A stretch of 61,193 nucleotides of DNA, the filler included, from Sphacelaria rigidula (Eukaryota): NCBI GenBank assembly GCA_964200075.2. It is 4 parts of 4 records of this genome, joined end to end, with 100 filler letters (N's around TTAATTAATTAA, not from the genome) between each part and the next. Parts side by side here need not be neighbours in the genome. Positions count along the whole stretch, not along the records: positions 1 to 15,225 come from CAXNAA020001852.1; 3 more parts are not named here. One strand, written 5' to 3'. The notes below the pieces were generated by a model. The model did no database searches. It was not told where the DNA came from and saw only the letters and a program-made list of their open reading frames with translations. Positions within the stretch are counted from its first letter, which is position 1, and the number at the start of each line of letters is the position of its first letter. Made by a program: the position numbers and the translations under genes. Positions 1 through 13,384 of this stretch are shown piece after piece.

Positions 1-980
1 GGTATGGGGTACCCCGGTAAATACCGGGGGTACGCTCGGTACGGTACCTTACCTATGGTGCCTGTGAACGTTTATTATAGACCCCTCCTGGACTCAGAAC
101 AAGGTCACAAGACTGCTCCAAGGGCTTCCTCCCTCACTAGGGCTTGGAGACTTCAAGACAGTTGTTGTTCTCAAACACACAGCCTTCGTTATCAGAAGTG
201 ACATGCTGCACCTCCTTGGACACATACTGTCAAGTAGTCATAGTCATACTCCAGAGAATATCTCATGGCCTAATATCATGATGCAAAGTTCGTATCCAAA
301 CCTCCCTGAATCAACCTGCAGCTCTTCAGGCACCTGTACGTGTACTAGAGGTGGACTACTCTACAAGTCGGTGATACAGAGAGTCACGACACGACAGAGT
401 GTAGGACTGAGACGATGTGACACCCAGTACGATGTGAAAATAAGTAGAAGGTTTGTCAGCACCGCCTTATAAGTCTCAAGACTTCAAGACTTCTAAAGCA
501 AGGTAGAGAGCATATTGCTTGCATAGGTCGCAGAGGTAGTGGTACCCAGTGTGCACCATTTGCAGGTACGTGGCAGCATATATCGCCCACGTAGGCAGAC
601 AAAACGTGTACACGCGTAATTTGCTAGAAAAACATCATGGGTTGTCAAGCACTAATTTCCAAAGGATCAGCATCCATCCGTTCGTATGAAATGGCGTGCT
701 GTACCACTTGCGAAACAACAGTCCCGATTTGAAAGTTGCGCCATGGGCAATTTGGAAGCTTGTCAGTGTTGGGAGTTGGGAAAAGATGGTGACCTCGGTC
801 GGCTTTTGCGTTGCGGACATATGGGCAAAAAAATACCTCACAAAACCCACCCACTCAACCATGTGCAAATCCAAAACCCATGACGGCACTTCGTTTTTAG
901 CACCCAACTACAACTACGCTATTGTCATCCCCCAAGAACTGGTTGAAGTGCGATAATCAATCAATCAATCTAGAAGCAGC

Positions 981-2050
981 CAGATTAGAGAGTTTCGGGT
1001 AATTTTTTTTCTTCATAGAGTTAGAGTTCAGAGTGGAAGTTTTGAAACTTCAGAGGAGACGCTAAAAAGTTCATAGCGCAAGCTGATGTGATGTGGCTTG
1101 TCGTGGTTTTTTTGGTCGCAGTCGTTGTCCGCAGGTTGCCCCGCCAAATGTGCGATCGACCAGCATCCAGTTCGAAAATGCGTAGCTATTTCAGTACAGC
1201 ACTGACTGTATAATAACAGTAGCGAGTCTGTGTTGTACCGTACATTATGCTTCACTGCACGTGCACCCCTTCGCTGCACTACGGTGCACTACAGGGCACT
1301 GTAGTGTTGTAGTGCTGTGCAGTGTAAAGTACAGACAATGTAATACAGAACTCTATAATAGTACATTGCGGTACGGTGAATGACAGCGATACCGCACAGG
1401 TCAGATGTACAACATTAGTACAGTACCCAGCACTTCCAAATGACAGACAAAGGCACATGGCAATGATTGCCAACATGCCACCCATATAACAGTGGTGCAA
1501 GACGTCATGATCTCTAACGGAATGGTAATGCAGCCAGGTGTAGCAATGCTTGTGATCTGTGGCCTACAAATGGTTCACACCGTCTTTTTTCAGCTGAGGC
1601 TGACAAGAATGAGGAACTGCACCCAAGACAACGTCGTGTGCCCGCCGAGCATTTAAAGTTCACGCAATGCAACCGAGCGAATGCTGATACCATGGCGGCG
1701 TGAGGGAGGTCCTCTGATCGCGACGCCAAGCGTTGCACGCTCTTCGTGAATAGTCCATTGTGATGGGCACGACCATTGTGATGGATGTCCCACTCTGCTT
1801 GTTGGGGTATATTGATTTTGGACTGGCGGTGACCGTGGTGGTGGAGGTGGGGATGGTTCTTTTTTGTTCCGCTATGAAGTTTGAACAGGTACATCGGTTT
1901 TCAGAGTGGAGAAGTCAAAACGGGACTATGACTCTCAATAATTCGCTCTGAAAAACTTTTCATATTAGAACGTGCACCGTTACCGGCTATTTTCCTTCCA
2001 CTCTGACTCTAAGATACGAAAAAACAGTTTCCGAAACTCTTTATTGTCTG
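981..2050. mobile_element. Old TIR element (~1.07 kb) with degenerate inverted termini
   Basis: AGAGTTTCGG..TTTTTT..TTAGAGTTCAGAGTGGAAG (981-1040) versus CTTCCACTCTGACTCTAA..AAAAAA..CCGAAACTCT (1995-2040). Confidence 0.5.
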
Positions 2051-3420
2051 AGGCTGGATCGTCTGAATGAGGTCGTCTGAATGAGGTCGCGGGTACCAGA
2101 AGGGTCAAGTGTGAATCGTTTGTATGACCTTAGATTCCCTTCCGAGATTTTTCCCGCTGAGAGTTACGTGATTTTTGGAGGATTGTTTTGTAGGCGTAGA
2201 TGAACGCCAGGAGGACGTGAACGCTCGGTAGAAGTAGCGCAAAATGAAAAGTTTGAGCCAATGAGCGAGCAGCAGCATTTTGCCATCGGTGAGCGAAGCG
2301 GGTGCACCTGTTTGGCCCGCCGTGGATCATTCAGCTGCGGGTACTGTCGGGATCAGTAGTGTTGCAGCGATGACTACTGCCGCCACATCGTTGCTACCTT
2401 CCACGGGCACTATCAAAGCCGTCAAATATGGAGGCTCGAATGCTATCGCGGCGCAGTTGCTGGCAGCAGGGGCTTGCGAGGAACGAGTATACACACGCAC
2501 AATGGTCTTCAAAAAGAATATGCAGTTGTAAAGTTCACTCTGACACGCCGCAGGTTCGACCAACAGGCACGGGTTAAGCTGCGTTTGGTGGTCGGTTACA
2601 GCAGGTGATGGCGGTCCGCGTTGCCGCATGTTTTATCCTATTCAGGATTCTATTGTTGATCATTCGGCCGTCACTGATTTTGTGGTGTGTGTCGAGCTTC
2701 TTTTGTCCAGCATTTTTTTTTGTGAAAAAGAGTCAGACTTTCTTTCTTATCTCGATTTTATGTAGTAAGCGCGTTACGTACACCGTGCAGTAGCAACGAG
2801 CACAACCCAAAAATGGTGGTATTTTGGTAGGTATAGCCTTATACATGCCGCAGCCGTGAGCTGGGTCGAATAATTCATCTCCACAAACGCATTATTATTT
2901 TTCGACATTGCTGCTTTGGGCATGCATGCACTGGGCGGCTCTTCCATAATGTATGCGCACCCATGCACTACGGAACACAGTCAACAACAGGATTTTGCCT
3001 GCACTACGTGATGTACGCGGCCTGGTTTCACTCTACTCACCGCCAAAACCCAAGATCACCCATCGGCAAGCGGAGATTGATGTGCAAGCGTTCACATGGC
3101 TTGTAGAATGCAAGGGAGAAGGAACAGAATCACGGTCGACGCAAAACAAGGATCATCTGTCTGTTCACATACCGCATGATGATGCGCGTGTAAAGAGGAC
3201 AGCATATACCTTCGTGACTTATTCTACATGTCGCAAAGGTGCAGTCGAACCCTTGGGACTATGAACCCTGCTGAGATCCGAATACGATGGACGGTCTACA
3301 CCAAAAATCAAGCGTGTTTTAATAATGGATTTGGAAAGCCGGTTTCCCGAGAGAACTCTGCTAAAAATCCCATGCCTTTCCATACGACAACGACAAAACG
3401 TACGTTGAAATTTGTGACAG

Positions 3421-5695
3421 GCGTCCTGAAGATGGTGCAGCTAGATAATTCATGCTGCCTACGCATATTCAAGCCGCCTCCCGAAGGCGAACTGGGTGCT
3501 TCCCCGGAGCTATTCGCCGAGTGCGAGGTGCGCCTGGAGAATGGGCGCACAGTGCAGGTTTTTGTCGAACCGGTAATCGATTCTTCGAGGTGAGGGTGGG
3601 TTTCCTCTGCTCCGATGTAGGCGTGCAGAAAAGTCGAAAGCCCGCGCAAAGCGTTTGCATGTCCTGACTTTCCTGTCTGCGTTGGCGGCTTTACTCTGCG
3701 GGCAGCTAGGTGCCCGCTTTTTGGTTTTTCTTCGTTTCGGTATACGTGTGGTGGAAGAGGAGTCTGCTGAGCCGAAGGTTTGTGCATACGGTGTTGTGCG
3801 GCGATACATCTAAAAGTGTAGGAGAAACACTCCGCTCCCCCCCTGCCGCCATATATATTCATTCCGCGTTTTGTACGTGATTGTTGTGTATTGTGATTGT
3901 GCTAGGTATTTCGTGCTTCGATGTGAGGATAAAGCGTCCGGACGACACGCGTATGTCGGAATAGGTGAGAGCAGGAGCAGGCCGTGCGCGCTACAACAAG
4001 ACACCCCCCGTTTCATGTTGGGCGCTACTCTCTGCGGACTTTGACTTTTGTACGCCGAGAAACAAATTCGCCTATTTTGGTTCGCTGTGAATAATTCGTC
4101 GCATGCCTTGGTATGCTTGCTGTAAGGCTTTTGGATCAAATCTATCTCAATTTGTCTGGCCTGAATACTGGAAGCTAAAATAGGCGGGGAAGTCAGTGCC
4201 AACGTCTTGCATCGCAGCTCCCTCACCGTCACCTCGCAAACTCTGAGCTGGTTTCGCCAGATCGGTGGATCGCCTGAACAAGCGCCAAGGTACTCGTCCA
4301 TCACGCATTTCTCTCACTACTATCATGCGTTCACCACCTCCGTGGGGTAGCAGTTTCCGTGGTCCGTGCAAAGTCGAACCTCTGATAGAGTGTGATTTTG
4401 CTCCAAATGTGTTGCGTGTGCCGAAACAACAACTGCGATGCAGGGTTTCGGGAACGAAGCTCTGCGTTCGACTTGAAAGCCGTTCTGGACGACTTTGTAC
4501 GCTTCATGGATCGTCAGAAGCGGGCGGCGGAAACGTCATCCGTTGAGGTGCAGTGATTCTCAAAATGTTTCTTGGTTGAACGTTTTGTCCCACCGAGACT
4601 CGTTCGGTTACGGTCTTGTGCTCCGCACACTTCACCGCTCATGCAGATATTTTGTTCTTCCCTCCTTTCGAGTTTGGGTTTAATGATGTAGGTTGACAGC
4701 GTCCACCGATCGCTTTTTTTTTTTTTTTACGTGCTGTAGGCTAAGAAAACATGGTCGCTTCCATTCGACACGAAGTCAACACTACTGCGTTCACTCCACA
4801 GCGGGAAGTATAGTCGATCGAATCAGACATGTTCTTGTACGGCCCAAGCTAGGCCCATATCGTTTGTTCTCCTGGCATTTCCCTCTCGACGCATGTTTGC
4901 GATGGTGGGTTTTGCGTCTCGCGAACGCGGGGACAACTGTTAACGCCTTTGCTGCTTCCCTGGGCGCGTGTTGTATCTCTGCACAAGAGCGAGGAGGTGC
5001 AAGGGGAAGAAGGAGCGGGAACGGCTGTGCGACAGATGAAAGATCTTTCCATCGCGGAGGGACAGAAATTGCACATTGGCCTCAAGGTGTGTAGAGATTG
5101 CGCGTGTTGTGTCGTTGCAATGACACTGGCGTCGAGTTATTGCGATTTCAGTCCTGCTCCCCACCGAGTGTCGACAAAATCTCAACGGTTCAATTTTCTC
5201 CAAGTTTTGATGTATCCGCAATAAAACACGCGTCGCCTGTACCTCTCAACCACTGCTCCCGGGGGTACGTGTTCTGTCCAGGTCTCCTCAGGTGACGGCT
5301 CCACAAGAACGCGCCGTCGCGCACGAACCGCAGGAGGAAGCGGTGAAAACGCCTCATCCAGTAAAGGAGGGGGGTTAGGACTCTTGGCCCCTCCTCCACT
5401 ACCCGGGGCTATCTACAAAGCTTCGCCGCCGTTGGTGTCTCCGCCCGTTACACCCGTTTCTGCAACGACTCCGAACGCTGTACCCCCAACACTCACGACC
5501 CCGGAAAAACAGTCGCAACACGACTATGGGGAAACGGTTTCTGCACCTAAGGCTGGCGAGGGCGGAGGGGAAGGGACGGGTGCCGGTGTTCCCGATCGAG
5601 ATGTGGACGTTTCTATGGGTTCGAGTACCGCTAGTAATAGCCGGGATGGGGGCGAGGATAATGACGATGATTGGGGGGATTTTGAGTCGGCGTGA
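3421..5695 (+). CDS. NECAP: Adaptin ear-binding coat-associated protein (NECAP-like, PHear domain); 5' exon(s) not identified
   Basis: Phase-consistent GT-AG exons 3421-3589, 3906-3964, 4444-4547, 4988-5086 and 5282-5695 splice to ...ELFAECEV...[46 protein letters not shown]..., then DLSIAEGQKLHIGLK, a LAPPP segment and a C-terminal DDDWGDFESA* (WxxF-acidic motif). All are hallmarks of NECAP. Confidence 0.9.
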
Positions 5696-6522
5696 TGTAG
5701 AAGGGTGAAAGAGGGCGGTCAATGGGTATTGCGAGCTGTTAAAGTATAAATGGTGTCGGTCGTTTTGCATAGGAGTGTGCCGTGATGGCGTGTTGCGTTT
5801 TGGTTTGTGCAGCTGCTGTGGGTTTCTTCTATGAACGTTTGTGAAAAGGAGATTTGGTGTTGTTATGATATTGTAATAAGTCGGTAGCGTGGTGGTGTCT
5901 TCGTGCTATGCTGTAGCCTGCGGCAAAGCACTCGGGGTTCAAGTAGCGGATACCCCACACTTTTCCTTGATTTATTTTTCGTGTATTCGTGAGTCTTTGT
6001 TTTGCTATTTCAAACCGTTACCTTACAAAAACGTTCATATCGATGTAAGCGCAAGGTTTTCCGTCGTTTCCCGCCACTGTTTGCACGGAGCGAGGCGCAG
6101 TCGTATGAGCCTTCGGGGAGACTGTGACCTGGCGTCTGTTCGGTGCCTTTGCGCGAAGTGCAATCTTGCGTACAGTTTGCCCTCAGCAACTGCAAATCAC
6201 AATTCTCAAGGACTTGGGTGTACGCCCAAACTGAGCGTAGTTTGATTCATGGTAGTATTACGATCTACTTGACCTGCTGTGCATGTTGAGCTCAAACTTG
6301 ATGACTGAACTTGAATTTGATATGCTTCCATGACGTGGACCCGGAGTTTTCTCCGGTGCTCGAGACAAGCTGAGACCCACTACACTACGTTGCGCTCAAA
6401 GTGCAGCTGCATCTCGCGTGCCTGTACGGTCTGGTTCGACCATTTTCCCGCCAGCTCGGCGTGTTGATGACTGCTGCTGCTGCTTCGCTCTCTCAATGAC
6501 GAAACGTGTGCTCTACTCTCCA

Positions 6523-9500
6523 TTATGGTCGAATCAAAACTGGGCACTTCTCGAGTTTCCCGATGTCTGCTTCGAGACCCTTGAGCTGTCGCTCCATCTG
6601 CTCCTTACGCCGTAGCTTGCCGAAAGTGTCGAGGTTGACCATATGCGCCTGGGAGTTTTTTCCCGGTAAAATAGTTATTATATCGGAGTATTGATGTAGA
6701 GAGAAGTATCAGTCGTGTCCGTATTTGACGATGCTGACAGCAGGTCATCACTCGCCACGGCGCAACAAGCAGGGACTCTTCAATCTACTTCAGTATAGTG
6801 AGAGAGTAGCCGAAAACGAACCAGTGATCGACTTTTGAGGTCCAGCATGCATCGAGAGGAAGGTTTTCGTGAGATTGAGAGTATATCATTCGATTGAGAG
6901 TAAGATTTTTTTAGCCCTTTGTGGAATCGGCATCGTGTTCGCTCGAAAAGTTACTTCATGAACCTGATTCCTAACGCTGGCGGTAAACGAGTTGAGATTC
7001 CGACGAGTTAGTCGTTGGTTACATATTCCGAAAGTCGACAAACGCCGATGTACGACTCCTTTGGAATCGCGACGGGTCAGTACACTACACTTGCATTTAA
7101 CGTATTACAATCGGAAAAATATTTTTGGAATGCATGCTTTGCCGCCCCCCGGTGGAGTGAATTTAAATGGTCCGACTGTCACCATCAGGGTGGAGAGAGC
7201 GAGGATTCTGATTTCCACCGTCGAAGGCGTGAGCACGTGAGTGAACAAAAAGTGGTTTACCGAATTCGTTTGACGGGAGTTGATGCCGTGTGGGAGTGCT
7301 GACCCATCCGTGAGACCACAATGCAAGGCGTGTACCGGGGAGAGATGGATTGATCTCGTGAGAACACACGGGCTTCTTCGGAGAAAGAGGAGGGGTTCAA
7401 AGTGCGACAATTGATAATAATGATGAATAATAGATGTCATTATGCCCGGCGTGTAACTAAAACTGACCCAACGTACAGTGGCGCATTGATGAAAGGAACA
7501 TTTCCATACGGACAGATCATGATCTGTGTGAAACAACTAATGAAAAAAGACTCTCGAGTCCGTTGGTCCAAAAACACAAAATATGTGACAGCAGAGTCAG
7601 TAAAGCCAAAGCGCAACCTTTACACTACTCGGCATGCTCAGCGTCCGGCACCGTAAGGAGCGAACATGGAAAAGTAGGGTCAGATGATACGGATCATGAT
7701 CCGGATCAGTATACTGAGAAGAAGTAATTTTCAGACGGATCATGATCTGTCCGACGTGTGAACATTTCGATGGTGTGTGTGTTGTCGTCCCATCTGTTCT
7801 GGACGCCAGTCCAAACCTTTCGGGATATGTGGGCGCACCAGCCGAGGTCACACAGGAGGAAGGTCCACACAGGGGTTTTCTATTTTTGTCTGTTTTTACT
7901 ACTCCACCTTTCTTCTGCGGTGCTTGCCTCTCTTTTCTATCGCGAGGGGGGGGTTCAGCAGTATTTTTCTCTCGTCGACCGTCGAGTCGAACTTTGTGTA
8001 CCCACGACATAGTCGCTCTCCACTGTTGGGCATGGTCTGAGAAAAATTCCAGATTGCTCCGAGATTTGAACCCACGACCCAACCGTCAGAAGGTGTCGAG
8101 GTTACCGACTGAGCCACTGGGGCCACCGGCCATGATGATGATAGCTACCCTTATTCCCATTATTTTCGTTCTTAGTTCGACAAAACAGATCGCTCCTCTT
8201 ATCTCTCGTCAGTGTTTCGTCTATGAATGTAACACACGAAGACAAGCGTCTTCCGATTCAGAAACTGACCCTCAACCGCAAGCTGCGACACTCTTAATCT
8301 CACGATAACCTTGTCGAAGATGAGACGCCCAGAATGGAATGAATGGGCATTCGAGAGTGTGCTCACCATCAGTTGGTATTTTTGGTTGACGGTGTCCCAC
8401 TTGGCCTTGAGAGCATGCAGCAGCTCGTTGCGCTCGTAGTCCCGCATCTCTTCGAAACGCTCCGTGTTGTCGCCAGCCTGAAAATCCATCACGTTAGGGA
8501 GCGTTTTGGTCAGCGTTGACGGAAGGCGACAGCTAAAAAAGAGCTGCTACAGGATTGTTCTAGTTCGCTCGCCCCTCCACCGTGACGCATCTCGATCAAC
8601 ACCAAGGTTCAATCACAGCTTCCACCAAATTGCCTTGTTGAAGAATCACACTTGAACTCATTTGGGTGTTTGGTGCGAGAACCGCGTGCGGTATCTGTAT
8701 TAAATTGAGCTCGAATTTCTTTGCAAATTGGTTGTAGCTCACATATCACGGTTCTTTGCATTTTTCCACACTGGTCAAATGACAGGGGTTGCGACGACGA
8801 CGTCAATATTTTCATGTGTATATGACGTACGGAACATTTTCACCTCTAGTCCCATTTGCTCCCTCACGAAAGTGTCGATCATGGTGTTCTCGCGTGATAT
8901 CTCGTCCTTCACCTGCCTCGGCGGAACACGGGTTAGTTTGACGCATGGGCAGCGATTAAATATATGCAGGGAGCATGAAGGCGACGAGCACACGTTCCCC
9001 GATTGGTTCTGGTGCAACGGTGTCCTTGAGCCCGTTCTTGACGAGCAGAGGGGGCAACTTTTTCATCTCTACGGAGAAAAAAGTATGTAACTGTTTTCGC
9101 CACATTGAGTACCTTGCGTTTGATTTTTGGGTGTGGGTGTTTAGTATAGGAAGACCTTGTTCTGATGTGTCCCGTCAGTGGAGGGAATGCCAACGTGCCA
9201 GAATGTCAAGTGTAAGTGATATCGATTCGATTTATCACTTACCCCAGCTGTCGAAGGGTTAATGCGGGTGACGTTGCGGAACACAAATATAATTGGAGTC
9301 GTTAATTAAACGAGGGTTTATTCGGAAGGATGCGTTTCGTTGGACGAGCATTCGAAGAAAAGGAATGGACGAAACTACCCATCGGAACATTCCTCTCATC
9401 AATGCATCGTTGCGCTTTCAGCAGGTTCCGATTATACCTCTCACATAGTAGCATGCATTCCAAAAATGTTTTTTTCCCTGTCCATACGTTGAATGCTAGT

Positions 9501-12500
9501 GTAGCGTATGAACCCGCCGCGATTTTAATGAATAGCATGTTGGCGTTTGTTTGATTCTGGATTACAAACCTAACGACTAGCACTTTGGAGTGTTAACCCT
9601 TTGATCCTCAGGGTTAGTAATCTGGGTCACGCAATATATTTTCAAATGAAGATCTTTGTTCTGCAAGTAGAAACCTCCGGTGCTAATTGTCCGTTAGTGA
9701 AATCGTCACCATTTTTACCTTTGTTTCAAGTGAAAAAGGGCTGAAAACCTCACACGCATTCAAATGCTAGGTACTCAGTCTGGCGAAAAGGTTGTTCGTA
9801 GCGGAAATAATCCAAATCTCTGGTCTTCTTTTTCTATTGCTGTATTTTCTCCACAAAATACATTATTTCAAGAGCTAAAACCAATAATCGAAGACGGCTC
9901 TTACCCCAACGGTATTCTCTCGAGGTTCGTGGAGATACACCTCTATCCTGCAAGTCTCTCGATGCAGGTACGCTATTTTGGGCAAAAATGACGTGCAGTG
10001 TCTCTCCCTGGTGGCACCGCGTGGGGTAAATCGAAAAGTCCACCCGAATATATCATTCTGTGCGGTGAAATCAACTCGTTGTGGATGGCCACCTATCATC
10101 GATCACTGCACGTTAATAACGTCCGTGAAATCGACGATTGTGATTGTATCATGCTGTGATGCGACGGATGGGCACACCTAGCGCTGACCCAGTCATGAAT
10201 GCGTCGCCCGAGCTGAGGGCCACCCTCTCACGTCATTAAAAATGCTTGCTGGTTGTCAGCGTACTCGATGACCCGTTTATCCCTCACTTGTTGTAGGTAC
10301 TTGGGAACCTGGCCATAGTCCTCCTTCTCGAGATAGTTCACTTCCGGCAATCTTGCTCGACGTGGCACGGCGAGGATAGTGTCCACCGCGTTCGCGGTGA
10401 TGAAGTTGGCCTTGCTAACGATTCCTGTGACAGGAGTGTCGTCTCGCCTCGGCACCGGCAACTTTCTGATGCAAATTGGGAGGCCGTCGACAAAGGAATG
10501 GAAAAAAGGCAACACTTGGGATATTGGTACGCGCGTAAGTTGCACGTTCCCCTGCGCTCTGTTCTTCGATCTACCCATCGGCAAGCACCGGGAACTCGAT
10601 ATTGACGTTGAATGCAATTCTAAACGAAACACGCAACGCAGTGACCAAGGGCCACAGCAGGCTAAGATCATCGTAGATAAGACGCTTCATCGACTCGTTG
10701 TCAGGAAAAACAGAAGAAATATGAGAGTGCGATGAGGGTGCGAGTCTCGCACCGTATCGTGCGTTGCGATGAAGCACTGAGCATTTTTCGCCTGGTGTTA
10801 TCTGTTCATCAGCGGGTCATGCAGTAACGGTTTTGGAGCACGCATACTTGCATGCATAGCGCCACGGAGGTTCACGTCGAGAACCTCCCGTTATCTTGCA
10901 TCTTTGAAGTGAAGTTTTACTTCTGAATCGAATCGATGGTCGAAGCTGAACCTTCAGCTTTAACGTCAAGCTTCAACTTTCAGGCTTGAGGTTAATGTCG
11001 CGACCTTCAACCTGGAGGTTTCTTTTGGACCGTGAAAGGTTCTGGCGAACATCCAGGTGGTTGGAGATGAGCGCGACTTCGACCGTTCGACTTCGAAAGT
11101 TGTATGATCTTCGCTGCAGGACCATTCGTCGAATGAGCCACACTTCGTTTTCGTTGGCATATATGAACCTCAGAAGACATTTTGCGGTTTGCATTTCACA
11201 GTTTGTGGTGGTGTCGCAGACCACAGACTACTGCCCCACCGCCTCTCATGTCTTCTGGGGTGACATGTGACAAGATAGCAAATTGAAACAAGCTTAACTG
11301 GTCTATCTTGTTTCTCAAGTATGCTCAACATTTCCCCGTAGAACTACGCCGAGTTGCTATACCGAAAGCGATAGAATGTAGTACATGCATCTACCGTCTT
11401 GCCCGAACCACATCATAGTTTATGTACCGACAAAACGCAGCTCAACTTTACCGTATTAGTCAATATCTGGGATACATGACGGAACCTTAATATAGCTTCA
11501 TGTGAGTTTAATGAGTTCCACAGCTGACAACCGAAAACGTCGTCGTCGGACTTATTCCGCCCGACGCCGTTACCTCCGCGTACATGCACATGTACAGTGT
11601 GTTGTCGTCCCATTTATATACAGTACTGAAGAGTAAGCCGGTCGCCCCGGTGGCTCAGGTGGTAACCTCGTAACCTTCTGACGGTTGAGTTGGGGGTTTC
11701 GATTCCCGGAGCAATCTAGGATTTTTCTTACACCATGCCCAACAGTGGAAAGCGGCTATGTCGTGGGAACACAGAATTCGATTCAACGGTTGACGAGGGA
11801 AAGGGACTGCTGAACCCCTCTCGCGATAAAAAATAAAAAGCCAAGCACCGCAGAAGGAAAGTGGGGTACTATAAACAAATAAAAAAGAAAGCTCTTGTGT
11901 TGACCTTCTTCCTGTGTGACCCCGGCTGATGCGCCCACATACCCCGAAAGGGGTAGACTGGCGCCCAGAAATAAATGGGACGACAACACACACACACACA
12001 AACTGAAGAACAGTACGCACATTATCAAGTGACAATACAAAGAAATTTGAAATTGGAACACGGCCACTTACATGCTACGATGTCACTACCGGATCTGCGG
12101 CATTTCACCACGGCGTTGCGGCATTTCACCCCGGGGTTCGTAATCGACAAGTCATTACTGGTCACCCGTAACTTACATTCCTGATTCGAACGTTCAACAG
12201 GCAAGCTGGTAGTTGAACGTGTGTCTTTAACCTTCAACCTGAGTTCGTGATAGTGGCGATCACCGATCAACAATGAAGAATCGTTGAGACGTCACAACTT
12301 AACCCTGTGGAAAGCAAAGTGCTGATTTTTTTTTGTGAATCTTTGTGAATCGGCATAACTTTGATCGAAAGTGGAAAATGATGCCGATTCACAAAAACAA
12401 ACATCAGCACTTCCTGGGGGTCTAGTTCCCAAAGGGATAACGTTCATCATGATATCACAATAATCCCGGTGTCCGTCGAAGCTGTCACGCTTATAGTAAA

Positions 12501-13384
12501 CATATAGATGGAACATCTGTTTTGCCCCAGGGTTGTCAGCCCTGATGATCGACACTGCTACTACGTAAAGTTTATTGTGCTGGCCCAGTGTGCTCTTATA
12601 TTTTGTTTTGTACCCGGTCACCGCGGTGTGCTCTTAATTACTTGTTTACCGTGATGACATCGACCAAGAACGTCCGTGGAGAGGTTCGCATTCCGGGACT
12701 TGCTTTTATCAGCGGCGGCTGAATGAGTGGCTCTGCAGTTGTTGCGACGTCATAACACAGGCTTATCCTGGGGTTCGATTCCAACACGATCGTTCTTGGC
12801 CGATTTCTTCACGATACAGAAATATGGCAGAGCACATCACAGTGACCGGATGCAAACGTACCAGACCAGAATAAGCACAACAAACTCTACGTAGCAGCAG
12901 CGTTGATTGGAGGGATGACGACCATGAGAAGAAATGGGAGGTCTATTAATAGGCTTAACAGCTTTGAAGTTTACCGGGACTAGAGTTGTCAAGACGTTAC
13001 ACTGAGCACTGCGCCACTCAGTCAGCCCTGATTCAGTGGTTCAGTCGTTGTTGTGGCACCTTAACAGGAACACTGGATCCCGATGCGAAATATGAGGTTG
13101 ATTGCATTTTCAAACAAAAAAGCGCGTGTGATGCTTCTTTCGAGAAAAAATAATGAAATGTACCGCTCTTGTGCCGTCGATGACAATTCACCTGCAACCG
13201 CCATACGAAAATGTCGAGGGCCCTGCTTCGCCGGGCTTGGGCACCGGATTCGCCTGCAATCGCTCGCCTTTCTTGAGGAAGGCGCTCGGGTCGTTGCGCA
13301 GTGCCTCAGTGGGTCTACCAAACGTACCATAGGCTTCCTTCTTCATGACGGCCGCCCCCAAAGGCTGCGTTGTCCCATGCGTAC
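6523..13384 (-). CDS. ENKUR: Enkurin (flagellar calmodulin-binding protein); first exon(s) not found
   Basis: Phase-consistent exons 13384-13192, 10465-10288, 8912-8844, 8477-8367 and 6648-6523 give ...KANFITANAVDTIL...NYLEKEDYGQVPKYLQQVKDEISRE...ERNELLHALKAKWDTVNQKYQLMAHMVNLDTFGKLRRKEQMERQLKGLEADIGKLEK..*, matching the enkurin domain pattern. Confidence 0.9.
7500..7762. mobile_element. MITE (family D) with CGGACAGATCATGATC termini
   Basis: Inverted ends; the interior (AAAAACACAAAATATGTGAC.GCAGAGTCAG...CTACTCGGC...CATGGAAAAG) is shared with 26243-26464. Confidence 0.75.
7771..8130 (-). mobile_element. tRNA-derived SINE, full-length copy (family A)
   Basis: Reverse complement aligns end to end with 11637-12000, including the A/B boxes and (CA)n tail. 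Confidence 0.85.
11637..12000 (+). mobile_element. tRNA-derived SINE, full-length copy (family A)
   Basis: Head GCCCCGGTGGCTCAGGTGG (A-box-like) and GGTTTCGATTCCC (B-box-like), a ~250-bp body shared with other copies, and a 3' end GACTGGCGYCCAGAA..ATGGGACGACAA(CA)n. Confidence 0.85.
12608..12858. mobile_element. MITE (~250 bp) with ~60-bp imperfect TIRs
   Basis: CCGGTCAC.G.G.TGTGCTCT ... ATCGACCAAGAACG mirrored by CGTTCTTGGCCGAT ... AGAGCACA.C.CAGTGACCGG. Confidence 0.65.

Noticed and set aside
2280..2629. Overlapping short ORFs as the first NECAP exon or a viral gene
   Set aside because: No NECAP N-terminal motif, suitable donor site or recognisable homology was found.
7742..8308. 188-aa ORF and similar ORFs at 11655-12035, 26480-27138 and 42577-42859
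   Set aside because: They are chance frames through SINE copies; the frames are not conserved between copies.
11637..11715. tRNA genes at the SINE heads (also ~8060-8130, 20855-20930, 50776-50845, 49465-49525)
   Set aside because: A/B-box-like motifs are present, but I could not fold a clean cloverleaf and most continue into the shared SINE body.
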